Below, one piece after another: positions 54,707-63,602 of a DNA stretch of 64,000 nucleotides. The stretch is from Nitrospirota bacterium (GTDB lineage: Bacteria > Nitrospirota > Nitrospiria > 2-01-FULL-66-17): positions 35,673 to 99,672 of the forward strand of contig JBMOMC010000006.1 of NCBI GenBank assembly GCA_049325335.1. The letters are read 5' to 3'. Below the pieces are notes generated by a model, which worked only from the letters and a program-made list of their open reading frames with translations, was not told the origin of the DNA and did no database searches. Each line of letters starts with the position of its first letter. Position 1 is the first letter of the stretch. Made by a program: the position numbers and the translations under genes.

Positions 54707-55101
54707 GGTTCGCGGCGGCGTGCGCGTCAATCCTTGCTGCGGCGGTCCTTGCGGGTTGCGCCGCCCGCTATAGCTGTCCCGCACCCAAAGGCGTGTCGTG
54801 CAAGCCGATCTCGGAGGTGTACCGGTCCACGCTCGGCAGCGCCACAACACCGAAGGCGGCGAAGAATGCGACGGCTCCGTCGATCCCAGCCAAGCCTCCT
54901 GCTACGCCCTCGCTCGCCGAGAGCCAGCCGCCGATCCGCTCGGCCCCCAAGATCCTGCGGGTGTGGATCGCGCCCTGGATCGATGACGAGGGCGACCTGC
55001 ACCAGGAGGGGTACGTGTACGTGGTGGTCGATCACGGAGCCTGGGCGTTCGGGGTGCCTGCGACGACTCAAGAGGCGGGGAGCCGCGATGAGGCGAAGTG
55101 A
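54703..55101 (+). CDS. traV: Type-F conjugative transfer lipoprotein TraV
   Basis: Lipobox VLAGC, then the conserved YSCPAPKGVSCKPISEVY Cys pattern. Confidence 0.65.
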   Translation: MRFAAACASILAAAVLAGCAARYSCPAPKGVSCKPISEVYRSTLGSATTPKAAKNATAPSIPAKPPATPSLAESQPPIRSAPKILRVWIAPWIDDEGDLHQEGYVYVVVDHGAWAFGVPATTQEAGSRDEAK

Positions 55102-57481
55102 ACGACTGCAGGAGCTCTTCGAGCGCGAGGGGCTCTCCTCGTTCCTGCCGTACGAGGCCTATGACCCGGAGACCGGAGTCTTTCTGGTCGAGCACGGCGC
55201 CGGGGTGGTCTTTGAGTGCCTGCCGCGCTGCGGCGTGGGGATGGAGACGATCCAGGTGCTGGAGGCGCTCTATGCCGCGACCTTCCTACCGCCGGGCACC
55301 GCCATTCAGGTGATGCTCTACGCCTCGCCCTCGGTGGGGTCGTTGCTCGCGCTCTGGAGCCAGGCGCGCGGGACCGGTCCCTTGTTCGCGCGTATGGCGC
55401 AGCAGCGGATCGATCTCCTGCGTGGCCGGTCCTCGGGGGAGGGCGATGCGGGGCTCGGGCCCGCGCCGGTCCGCGACTTCCGGCTCCTGGTGAGCGTGAC
55501 CGTGCCGGCGAATCACAACGGATCGGGCTCGTTGACCGATCGAGCCGGCGAACTGTTCACCAAGGTCGAGGGCCTCCTTCAGTCCATGCACCTCTTTCCC
55601 CGCAAGCTCTCGGCGCACGGCCTGATCGGCCTGGTCTTCGAGCTGCTCAATCCTTGCCATCCGGTCGAGCGGCTTCCGGTGTGGGACGAGTCGGCTCCGC
55701 TGGGCGAGCAGATGGTGTTCGCGGACAGCCCGCTGCGACTGGAGCCCGCGCATCTCGCGCTCGACGGCCGGGTCATCAAGAGCCTGTCGGTCAAGCAGTA
55801 CCCCCAGGAGGCGAGCCTGGCCACCATGAACCAGGTGATCGGCGACGGCTTGAAAGGGATGGACCAGATCCCCACGCCGTTCTGCCTGACACTGAACGCC
55901 CTGGTCCTGGATCTCGACAAGGACGTGAAGGCCATCGAGGCCAAGGCTGGCCTGGTGACTTACCAATCGCTCGGCGTGCTGGCGCGCATTCTGCCCAAGA
56001 TCCATGAAAAGAAGGAGCACTTCGACGTGCTGCTGAAAGGCCTCGGCAACGGTCGCCGGCTGATCAAGGCCTACCTGCACCTGGCCCTGTATGGAAGCGA
56101 GGTGCAGAGCCTCGATCAGGTCGCCCAGCAGGTAGTGGGCCTGTTTCGCAAGCAGGGGTTCATCCTGCAGGAGGATCACTTCATCACATTGCCCCTCCTG
56201 CTCGCGAGCCTGCCGATGGGCCTCGGCGCCGAGCACGAGAAGAAACTGCTCAAGCGCGCCAAGACCGTTCTGTCGTCCAACGCCGCGTTCCTCTCGCCGG
56301 TCTGCGCAGACTGGAAAGGCACTGGCTCGCCCGCGCTGCTGCTGATCTCCCGGCGCGGCCAGGTCATGCTGCTCGACCTGTTCGACTCGCCCGGCAACTA
56401 CAACGCGGTGGTGGCGGCCAGTTCCGGATCGGGCAAGAGCTTTCTGGTCAACGAGCTCTGCCTGTCCTACCTGGCCGCGGGCGGGCAGGTCTGGGTGATC
56501 GACATTGGCCGGAGCTACGCCAAGCTCTGTCGCCTGTTGGATGGCGACTTCATCGAGTTCCGGCCGGACAACCCGCCGGGCCTGAACCCGTTCTCGCGGG
56601 TGAAGGACCTGGACGGCGAGGACACGGACCTCGATCTCTTGATCCCGATCATCGGCCAGATGGCCTCGCCCTCCAAGCCGCTCTCGGACTTGGAGCGTTC
56701 CTTCATCGAACGGGCGATCCGCAAAGCGTTCGCCCAGCACCAGCACAAGACCACGATCACGGCGGTGGCCGAGGCGCTGGCAGGAACCGACGATGCCCGA
56801 GCCAAGGACCTGGCCACCATGCTCTTCCCCTACACGCGCCGTGGGCGTTACGGCCGGTTCTTCGAGGGCGAGATGACGCTCCGATCGAAGAACCCGTTCG
56901 TGGTCCTGGAGCTGGAGGAACTGCGGGGCAAGGGCGATCTGCGAAGCGTGGTGCTTCTGCTGCTGATCTACTACATCCAGACCGAGATGTACCTGGGCGA
57001 GCGCAAGCGCAAAAAGCTCGTGGTGATCGACGAAGCGTGGGACCTGCTGGGCGAAGGAAACACCGCGAAGTTCATCGAGCACGGCTACCGGCGCTTTCGC
57101 AAGTACAACGGAGGCATTGTGACGATCACGCAGGGGATCAACGATCTGGCCAAGACCGACGCCGGCCGCGCGGCCTTGGAGAACAGCGACTTTCTGTTCC
57201 TGCTACGACAGAAGGCAGAGAGCCTGATGGCGCTCAAGGAGACGGGCCGACTCTTGATGGATCAGGCGTTGTTCGAGTTGCTCTCCAGCGTCCACACGGT
57301 GCCGGGGCGCTACTCGGAGGTCTTCGTGCGCACACCGATCGGCGCAGGGATCGGGCGGCTGATGGTGGATCCGTTCACGCACCTGGTCTACACGACCAAC
57401 CCAGCCGAGTACGCGCGTGTGGAGGCGTTTCAGAAAGAGGGATTGAGTCTGGTGGAGGCGATCGAGCGATGTCTCGATTGA
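55088..57481 (+). CDS. traC: Type-F conjugative transfer ATPase TraC (VirB4 family)
   Basis: N-terminus SFLPYEAYDPETGVFLVEHGAGVVFECLP, Walker A AASSGSGKSF and Walker B LVVIDEAWDL. The start is ATG 55088, and the track ORF 5' part is read-through across traV. Confidence 0.9.
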   Translation: MRRSERLQELFEREGLSSFLPYEAYDPETGVFLVEHGAGVVFECLPRCGVGMETIQVLEALYAATFLPPGTAIQVMLYASPSVGSLLALWSQARGTGPLFARMAQQRIDLLRGRSSGEGDAGLGPAPVRDFRLLVSVTVPANHNGSGSLTDRAGELFTKVEGLLQSMHLFPRKLSAHGLIGLVFELLNPCHPVERLPVWDESAPLGEQMVFADSPLRLEPAHLALDGRVIKSLSVKQYPQEASLATMNQVIGDGLKGMDQIPTPFCLTLNALVLDLDKDVKAIEAKAGLVTYQSLGVLARILPKIHEKKEHFDVLLKGLGNGRRLIKAYLHLALYGSEVQSLDQVAQQVVGLFRKQGFILQEDHFITLPLLLASLPMGLGAEHEKKLLKRAKTVLSSNAAFLSPVCADWKGTGSPALLLISRRGQVMLLDLFDSPGNYNAVVAASSGSGKSFLVNELCLSYLAAGGQVWVIDIGRSYAKLCRLLDGDFIEFRPDNPPGLNPFSRVKDLDGEDTDLDLLIPIIGQMASPSKPLSDLERSFIERAIRKAFAQHQHKTTITAVAEALAGTDDARAKDLATMLFPYTRRGRYGRFFEGEMTLRSKNPFVVLELEELRGKGDLRSVVLLLLIYYIQTEMYLGERKRKKLVVIDEAWDLLGEGNTAKFIEHGYRRFRKYNGGIVTITQGINDLAKTDAGRAALENSDFLFLLRQKAESLMALKETGRLLMDQALFELLSSVHTVPGRYSEVFVRTPIGAGIGRLMVDPFTHLVYTTNPAEYARVEAFQKEGLSLVEAIERCLD

Positions 57482-57837
57482 TCGCCGTTGCGTTATTGAG
57501 CGCTGTGCTGGGTGCCGGTGCAGCGGCCGCTCTTCTCCGATGGGACGTGCCCAGTGCGAAGCAGGACCCAGGGGCTTTTCTAGCCGTTGTGGATTTGGCG
57601 AGCATCGTCGAGCGGCAGAGGGCGGCGGTGATTCGCGTGGCCCGTGATCCTGACTCGGCCGAGTCGATGATGGCCGAGCGGCTGGTGCGCCTCGCGTCCG
57701 TCCTCGCCGAGGCAGGCCAGACGCGCGTGATCTTGAACAAGCCGGCAGTGGTCAGTGGGACCCTGATCGATCTAACTGGGGAGATCGAGGAGCGACTCAA
57801 GCGAGAGGGGATCGATGCGCGTGAGCCGTCGCGTTGA
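57469..57837 (+). CDS. TrbI-like small membrane protein
   Basis: 122 aa with an N-terminal TM segment (IAVALLSAVLGAGAAAALL). It sits between traC and traW as trbI does in F-like systems. The call is by position only. Confidence 0.4.
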   Translation: MSRLIAVALLSAVLGAGAAAALLRWDVPSAKQDPGAFLAVVDLASIVERQRAAVIRVARDPDSAESMMAERLVRLASVLAEAGQTRVILNKPAVVSGTLIDLTGEIEERLKREGIDAREPSR

Positions 57838-58306
57838 GAGGTGGACGGTGCTCGTGTGGACGGTGGTGCTGGTGGTGATCGGGAGCCAAGCCGCTCTGGC
57901 GCTGTCCGCGGTCTCACTAGGCATCAACCCGACGGCGTCGCAGCCGTATCGCGTGTTCGTGGTGCTGCACGGACGGTCGTTCGGTCGCGATGACCTGGTC
58001 GCGTTTCGGTTCGGGGGAAGCCGCTACTACCCCGAGGGAACGCTTTTCGTGAAAGTAGTCAAAGGACTGCCGGGCGATCGCCTGGAAATCCGCGAGGACC
58101 GGACGGTCTGGCTCGATGGCGTGCGGCTGGATTCCGTTCGCGCGACCGATAGCAAAGGCCGCACGGTCGAGCCATTTCGGTTCGAGGGCGTGATCCCGGA
58201 GGACACGTACTTTCTCTACTCTCCCGCGCCAAACTCCTACGACAGCCGCTACTACGGTCTGATCGCCAAAAGCCAAATCATAGGGCGAGTCGTGCCGCTC
58301 TTGTGA
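57815..58306 (+). CDS. S26-family conjugative signal peptidase (TraF/TrhF-like)
   Basis: N-terminal TM and the S26 box SYDSRYYGLI. It occupies the position of trhF between traC and traW, as in SXT/R391-type clusters. Confidence 0.7.
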   Translation: MRVSRRVERWTVLVWTVVLVVIGSQAALALSAVSLGINPTASQPYRVFVVLHGRSFGRDDLVAFRFGGSRYYPEGTLFVKVVKGLPGDRLEIREDRTVWLDGVRLDSVRATDSKGRTVEPFRFEGVIPEDTYFLYSPAPNSYDSRYYGLIAKSQIIGRVVPLL

Positions 58307-58316
58307 GGTCTAAGCG

Positions 58317-58964
58317 ATGAGCCGAAATGGGAAGAAGGTTGCGGCTCGGCTAGGGATCGTGGCGGCGAGCCTTCTAGCGCTACTGATCGCAGGCAGTTCG
58401 CTGAGGGATGTGGGCGCAGGCTCCGCTGGATACGCTGACCGCCTCGGTCCCACATACCCGATTCTGGAACCGGACTGGAGCACTTGGCTGCCCGCGCAGA
58501 TGCAGAAGCGCTTAGAAAAGCAGTCCCTGGGCCTCCCGCGGGACCGAGTCCGTTCCGCCCTTCGCCGGCAGGACCGCGACCTTGATCTGCCAGAGGCGAT
58601 GACGCCAAGGACCTATACCGTCGATCCCACCGTTAGAGTGCCGCGCCCAGCGACGGATCTCGTCGGTCGTAACCTTGCTGCTGGCGAGGCCCTCAATCCG
58701 ATGAGCTACTTGGCGGGTTTCCGGCCGATCCTAATCATTGACGGCGGCAAGGACCGACACGTCCAGTGGGCCAAGCGAATCCTGGCCAGGACGAACTCGA
58801 TCGTGCTCGCTCTCTCCGGCGATGTGCCTGCCCTAAGCGCGCGTCTCGGGGCTCCGGTCTACTTCGCTCCTCCGCTGTTGCTTGAACGGCTGTCAATCAC
58901 AAGAGCGCCGGTGGTCGTCTCAGGGGAGGGCGGCCTTGTGCGAGTTGATGAGGTCGTTCCGTGA
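58317..58964 (+). CDS. traW: Type-F conjugative transfer protein TraW
   Basis: Signal peptide, then the conserved LGPTYPILEPDW motif of TraW. Confidence 0.7.
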   Translation: MSRNGKKVAARLGIVAASLLALLIAGSSLRDVGAGSAGYADRLGPTYPILEPDWSTWLPAQMQKRLEKQSLGLPRDRVRSALRRQDRDLDLPEAMTPRTYTVDPTVRVPRPATDLVGRNLAAGEALNPMSYLAGFRPILIIDGGKDRHVQWAKRILARTNSIVLALSGDVPALSARLGAPVYFAPPLLLERLSITRAPVVVSGEGGLVRVDEVVP

Positions 58965-59323
58965 TGGACGGAGATTTACTCCTTGCGACCGTCGATCAAC
59001 TCGACGGCTATCGGGTCGATTCCTATCACGGCGTCATCTCGGTCCACGTGTCCTGCGGGATCAACTTCGTGCGCGGTTGGTTCGTGGCGTTACGTGATCT
59101 CGTGGGTGGGAAAGTGGGTACATTCGAGAACGAAGCCGTCCGCCTCGAGGAACGCGCCAAACGAGAACTCTGGGAGAGGATTCGCCAGATGCCGGACGTC
59201 AACGCTGTGATCGGCCTGCAGTTCACCTACCACCACATTGGCCAGCAGCGGAAATCCATGCTTGCACTGACTGTGAGTGGGACCGCCTGCCACATTCGAG
59301 CTGCAGGTTCTCAGCATCATTGA
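58961..59323 (+). CDS. YbjQ/DUF74-family (UPF0145) protein
   Basis: GYRVDSYHGVISVHV...FVALRDLVGGKVGTFE...AVIGLQF is the YbjQ_1 pattern. It is the last co-oriented gene of the T4SS block. Confidence 0.7.
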   Translation: MMDGDLLLATVDQLDGYRVDSYHGVISVHVSCGINFVRGWFVALRDLVGGKVGTFENEAVRLEERAKRELWERIRQMPDVNAVIGLQFTYHHIGQQRKSMLALTVSGTACHIRAAGSQHH

Positions 59324-59325
59324 AT

Positions 59326-60534
59326 TCAGTACGCCAACACCACTCCCAAGACACCGGTGTGCGTCTTTTCCGGGTGAGTGGCATCGCGAGGCTGCAGGTC
59401 GTGGGTGTACTCAGCGAGGAACTTCAGATTTCGTAGGTGGTAGTACGTCACGTTGGCGGTCAGGGTGCGACTGTCGAGCGTGGGAAGGTCATTCGACGAG
59501 ACCTGATTGTACAGCAGCACGCCTGTCCACCGGTCGTTGAAGTGGACATCGGCTTCCACGAACCCGCCGTTGTGGGCAACGGCGGGTTCGCCCGGCGTGA
59601 ACGTAGGGTGATCGTCGTGCCCGAAGATCCAGTTGGCCCTCAGGTCGGCCCGTTTTCCGAGTGGTGCATAGAGGTCGGGCCCGTAGCGGACGAATCGATT
59701 CGACTGGCCGTTCAGGAGGTCCTCGTCTTTGCCGTGGTAACCGAACATGCCGACCGTCATCCACGGTATGTCCACGGCGATTCGTGCCATCTGATTCTTG
59801 TAGGCGTTGCTATCGAAGTGACCATTGTTCAACTCCCCGAGTCCATTGCCGTTGGTAACACCCACCATCAAGAATCCGGGGCCCGCCGACCACGTCGTCA
59901 GCACCCCCCGGTCGTAGGCGAGTTTAAATCCCGGGTCGGTGCCTCCGGAGGCGGTGTTCACGACGTTGGCCGTGTAGATCGAGATGTCCTGAAACGTCAG
60001 ACGTTGCTCCCGAGGGTAAAACGTGTCCATCACCTGGAATTGACCGACCACCGCGTCCCAGTCGTGTCCGCCGAGATTGTTGAAGTACAGGAACGCGTCT
60101 TCCAGCCCGACGACTTCGCCACCCTCGGAGGCGAGAAAGTAAAAGTAGTACGTAAGATCCTTGGCGAGATAGCCGGTGCTGAACAGTTTGAGGGTCAGTG
60201 GAGATTCGAAGTCCGTGGTCACCGCGGTGTCGTTTCGCGCGCGAAAGAACCCGTCCGCGCGGATCGCAAAGGTGGGGCTGGTCGGAAGATTGAGGAGCGG
60301 ATCACCGGTTTCGACCGCGCGACCCTTCGGATCCTCACCGGGGAACTGGTAGCCGTTGCCCGCGTAGTCACGACCGAATTCATTGAGCTTGGGGAACGCT
60401 ACGTGACAGACTGCGCAACTGACGTTATATCGGCGCGCGAAGCCAGGGTTGGCTTCGGCCAGTTCCACACACGCCCCCAGAGATGCGACCAAGATCAGGG
60501 CACAGTGGGCGAACCGCCGAAAACCATGCATCAT
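59326..60534 (-). CDS. Putative outer-membrane beta-barrel protein with an N-terminal CxxCH motif
   Basis: Signal peptide MMHGFRRFAHCALILVASLGACVELAEA, then YNVSCAVCHVAFPKLNEFG, alternating beta-strand-like sequence, and a C-terminal ...VVLAY aromatic residue. The start at 60534 is preferred to 60762. Confidence 0.55.
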   Translation of the reverse strand: MMHGFRRFAHCALILVASLGACVELAEANPGFARRYNVSCAVCHVAFPKLNEFGRDYAGNGYQFPGEDPKGRAVETGDPLLNLPTSPTFAIRADGFFRARNDTAVTTDFESPLTLKLFSTGYLAKDLTYYFYFLASEGGEVVGLEDAFLYFNNLGGHDWDAVVGQFQVMDTFYPREQRLTFQDISIYTANVVNTASGGTDPGFKLAYDRGVLTTWSAGPGFLMVGVTNGNGLGELNNGHFDSNAYKNQMARIAVDIPWMTVGMFGYHGKDEDLLNGQSNRFVRYGPDLYAPLGKRADLRANWIFGHDDHPTFTPGEPAVAHNGGFVEADVHFNDRWTGVLLYNQVSSNDLPTLDSRTLTANVTYYHLRNLKFLAEYTHDLQPRDATHPEKTHTGVLGVVLAY

Positions 60535-60673
60535 GTGTTCATCACATACGGTGGGATGATTCACGTGCGCAGCATCATAGGTATCGGTTTCGATCCGTGT
60601 CAAGGCGCATCTGTCACCCCGCGACCCGTCGTCTCGGTTGACACGTCGCACGGTTTGCTGTAAAAACGATCGC

Positions 60674-61036
60674 ATGCGACTCTCGCATACGAGGCTTCGG
60701 AAAGCTCCCGTCATCCTGCTCTCGTGTCTTTTGTTTTTCCAGCTCAGTGGTTTGACCTGCATTCAAGACGCCTCGGCTTCTCCCTTCAACGGGAACGCCT
60801 TCGACGTGGTGGCCGCGGTCGGCAATCCGTCTCCGGAATCCGCGCCCGCTTCGGGCAATGATTTAAATGATTCAGAGGGGAGTCTCCACCACGACTGTCC
60901 CTGTCACCATCTCAGTTCTCTTTCGACGGTGACGATCGAATCCGTGGTGTCTCCGGGTGCGCCCATCGCTCCGGTCTCCTTCTCCACTCCAGAGGATCTT
61001 CCGCAAATCCTGTTTCACCCCCCGCTTCTTCTGTAG
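60674..61036 (+). CDS. Small secreted His/Cys-motif protein upstream of czcCBA
   Basis: ATG 60674, signal-like VILLSCLLFFQLSGLTC, and the motif LHHDCPCHH. Its position is analogous to small periplasmic proteins that precede HME-RND operons. Confidence 0.4.
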   Translation: MRLSHTRLRKAPVILLSCLLFFQLSGLTCIQDASASPFNGNAFDVVAAVGNPSPESAPASGNDLNDSEGSLHHDCPCHHLSSLSTVTIESVVSPGAPIAPVSFSTPEDLPQILFHPPLLL

Positions 61037-61098
61037 TTCTCCCGATTCCGTAGTCGATTCCTAGCTCCGAAGACTTACTCAACGGCGGTCTGCGTGTC

Positions 61099-62376
61099 GT
61101 GCCGCCAAGGAGGCGTGTTGCAGTGCCTATTCCACGAGTGATGTTCTGCGCGCTCATCGCGCTGATCGTTTCAAGTATCTTCATCAGATTGTCCACCGCA
61201 GAGGAGGGTGGCAAGCGCTATTCCCTGGAAGAGATCTTGTCCCTTGCCGAACAGCGCAATCCGTCCCTTTCGGTCTTTCAATCGAATGTCGAGGCCGCTC
61301 GCGGTGCATTGACTTCCGCGCGCGCGTATCCCAATCCCGAAGCCATGGTCGAACTCGGCACCGCCAAGCCACTGGACCCACCAAACGCCGACAGTGGGCG
61401 CGAACATCGTCTGGAACTGAGCCAATCCTTAGAGTGGCCCGGGAAACGAGCGTCTCGCAGACGGGCGGCGGAAGCGCAGGTGGGGGTGGCTCGCGGGAGC
61501 CTAGACGACTTCCGGCTGGAACTGCGGGCTCGGGTCAAGGAAGCTTTTTTTCAGACCGTGCTCGCCCAACACACCGCACAGGTCGCGGCGCAAAATCTGG
61601 CAACGGCCCGGAGTCTGGTGGAGTCCGCCACATTGCGGGTCGAATCGGGTGAAGCGCCTGAGCTGGAATTGATCCGGGCACGAGTGGAAGTCTTCAACGT
61701 GACGAGGGAGGCGCGCCGCGCCCACAATCGTCTCCTCACCGCCCAAGCTGCGCTCAACAGCTTGCTGGCCGGAGCCTTGGGGGAGATTTTCTATGTGGTT
61801 GACGCTCCACCTCGTCTTGATGCCGCGTACGAGTTGCCCGCTCTGATCGAACGCGCCCTCGCCGCGCACCCGCTCATCACCCGTCAGGAACATGCCTTGA
61901 AGGCGGCCGGGTACACGCTGTCCGAGCAACGACTGGCCCGCGTTCCCGATCTCACCGTGACCGGATCGACCGGGGAGGAGATCGACAAACGCTCCTCAGC
62001 GATCGGATTGGCACTGGCCGTGCCGCTCTTCAATCAACGACGCGGTGACATTGCGGTCGCGAGGGCCGAACAGACAAAGGCCCAAGCGGAACTGGCGCAA
62101 ACGCGCCTCGATCTCACGAAGGAGATTACACAAGAGTACGAGAACTATCGCTTGGCAATGGATCAACTCGCCACGTTCGAAGAGGGCTTGCTCAAGCAGG
62201 CGGACGAGGCCTTACGCATCGCGCAATTGAGTTATGAACAAGGCGAACTGGACTTGCTGAACCTGCTGGATGCCCAGCGGGTCCAGCGCGCCACCTTACT
62301 CGAATATTACGACGCGCAGTTCGAACTCCAGACATCCCTCGCACGACTGGAACGCGTGACAGGAGGTTTGCAATGA
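61099..62376 (+). CDS. czcC: Outer membrane factor of a heavy-metal RND efflux system (CzcC/TolC family)
   Basis: OEP repeats (SLEEILSLAEQRNPSL ...), and it overlaps the adaptor gene by 4 nt. The start is uncertain: GTG 61099 or ATG 61141. Confidence 0.85.
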   Translation: MPPRRRVAVPIPRVMFCALIALIVSSIFIRLSTAEEGGKRYSLEEILSLAEQRNPSLSVFQSNVEAARGALTSARAYPNPEAMVELGTAKPLDPPNADSGREHRLELSQSLEWPGKRASRRRAAEAQVGVARGSLDDFRLELRARVKEAFFQTVLAQHTAQVAAQNLATARSLVESATLRVESGEAPELELIRARVEVFNVTREARRAHNRLLTAQAALNSLLAGALGEIFYVVDAPPRLDAAYELPALIERALAAHPLITRQEHALKAAGYTLSEQRLARVPDLTVTGSTGEEIDKRSSAIGLALAVPLFNQRRGDIAVARAEQTKAQAELAQTRLDLTKEITQEYENYRLAMDQLATFEEGLLKQADEALRIAQLSYEQGELDLLNLLDAQRVQRATLLEYYDAQFELQTSLARLERVTGGLQ

Positions 62377-63602
62377 AGTTGGCAAGAGGAGCAGGAGGAA
62401 CAGTCGCAGTGGCTCTGGTGTGGTTGGTGTTGGGGTGTCAGTCGCCTGCTTCCCAACCGGAGGCCGGGAAACAGGCCGAGCAAGCCGCGTCCCATCAGGA
62501 CGAGCATGCTGAGGACGGGCATGCGGAGTCTGAGGAACGGGGAGGGCTCATCACGTTGAGCCCTCAAGCCCAACAGCTCGCCGGGATCACGGTTGAAGAG
62601 GTCGCCCGGCGGTCCTTACAGCGCGAGGTGCGATTGCCGGGCACGATCCAGGCTAACCAGAACCGACTTGCGCATGTCGGCCCCCGGATTCAAGGCCGTG
62701 TCGTGGTGGTGTCGGCGGGATTGGGCGACCGCGTGGAATCGGGCGCAACGCTGGCGATGATCGACAGCCCTGAATTGGGCCAAGCCGAATCCGACTTCGT
62801 GACCGCCCGAGCGAAGTTCGTCGTTGCCGAGAAGGCGTACGAACGGGCCAAGACCCTGCTCGATGGCAAAGTGATCGGCACGGGCGAATTTCAGCGACGC
62901 GAGGGCGACTATCTGGCGAGCAAGGCCGAAGCGCAGGCCGCGGAAGACCGACTGCGGCTGTTGGGCTTGGAGGATCCGGAGATCGCCGATGTGAGCGGCA
63001 CCCGATCGGTGCGATCCCAGGTCGCGATCACCGCACCGCTGACCGGAACCGTCGTTGACCGGGACGTCACGCTGGGGGAGGTGGTCGAGCCGGCGAAAAC
63101 GCTGTTTACCATCGCTGATCTGTCGGCGCTCTGGGGCGTGGCGGATATTTCGGAACGAGATCTGCCCACCGTCAAGAAGGGCTTGCCCGCCAAGGTCTCG
63201 GTCTCCGCGTATCCCCGTGAAGTGTTTTCGGGGAAGGTCACGTACATCTCCGATATCCTCGACCCCTCGTCGCGTACGGCGAAAGTCCGGGTCGAGATCG
63301 ACAATGCGCGTGGGAAACTCAAACCCGAGATGTTTGCCACGTTTGTGATCCTGACCGAGGAAACCGAGGGCGTCCTCAGCGTCCCCGAACACGCGGTCCA
63401 ACGGGACGGAGGCAACACGATCGTCTTTGTCTCCCAGGACGCGGGTTTTGAAAAACGCCTGGTTGAACTCGGGCCCGAACAACAAGGGTACTACCCGATC
63501 CAGTCGGGCCTCAAAGCGGGAGAGATCGTCGTCACAAAAGGCGCTTTCGTCCTCAAGTCCGAATCCGAGCGCGGGCAGATGGAGGAGGGCCATGGGCATT
63601 GA
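62373..63602 (+). CDS. czcB: RND efflux periplasmic adaptor (CzcB/CusB family)
   Basis: Lipoyl and barrel-sandwich motifs (ITAPLTGTV, KPEMFATF), an N-terminal His/Glu-rich stretch (HQDEHAEDGHAESEE), and its operon position. Confidence 0.85.
   Translation: MKLARGAGGTVAVALVWLVLGCQSPASQPEAGKQAEQAASHQDEHAEDGHAESEERGGLITLSPQAQQLAGITVEEVARRSLQREVRLPGTIQANQNRLAHVGPRIQGRVVVVSAGLGDRVESGATLAMIDSPELGQAESDFVTARAKFVVAEKAYERAKTLLDGKVIGTGEFQRREGDYLASKAEAQAAEDRLRLLGLEDPEIADVSGTRSVRSQVAITAPLTGTVVDRDVTLGEVVEPAKTLFTIADLSALWGVADISERDLPTVKKGLPAKVSVSAYPREVFSGKVTYISDILDPSSRTAKVRVEIDNARGKLKPEMFATFVILTEETEGVLSVPEHAVQRDGGNTIVFVSQDAGFEKRLVELGPEQQGYYPIQSGLKAGEIVVTKGAFVLKSESERGQMEEGHGH

Larger units (their letters stand above)
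26700..59325. mobile_element. Mosaic genomic island, probably a decayed integrative conjugative element carrying defence cargo
   Basis: G+C drops sharply right after the regulator stop at 26661. Spot counts of single 60-nt lines give 47-52% at 27.2-27.4 kb against 62% at 26.0 kb. Content includes a relaxase, a coupling ATPase, an F-type T4SS subset, a ParB-like gene, an XRE/ImmA pair and RM/defence genes. The boundaries are approximate, and no integrase or att repeats were found. Confidence 0.5.

Noticed and set aside
59437-60663. A 408-aa plus-strand ORF overlapping the minus-strand outer-membrane gene.
   Set aside because: The minus-strand product has a signal peptide, a CxxCH motif, a beta-strand pattern and a C-terminal aromatic residue. 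The plus-strand translation is Arg/Val/Gly-rich with no features, so I treated it as a shadow ORF.
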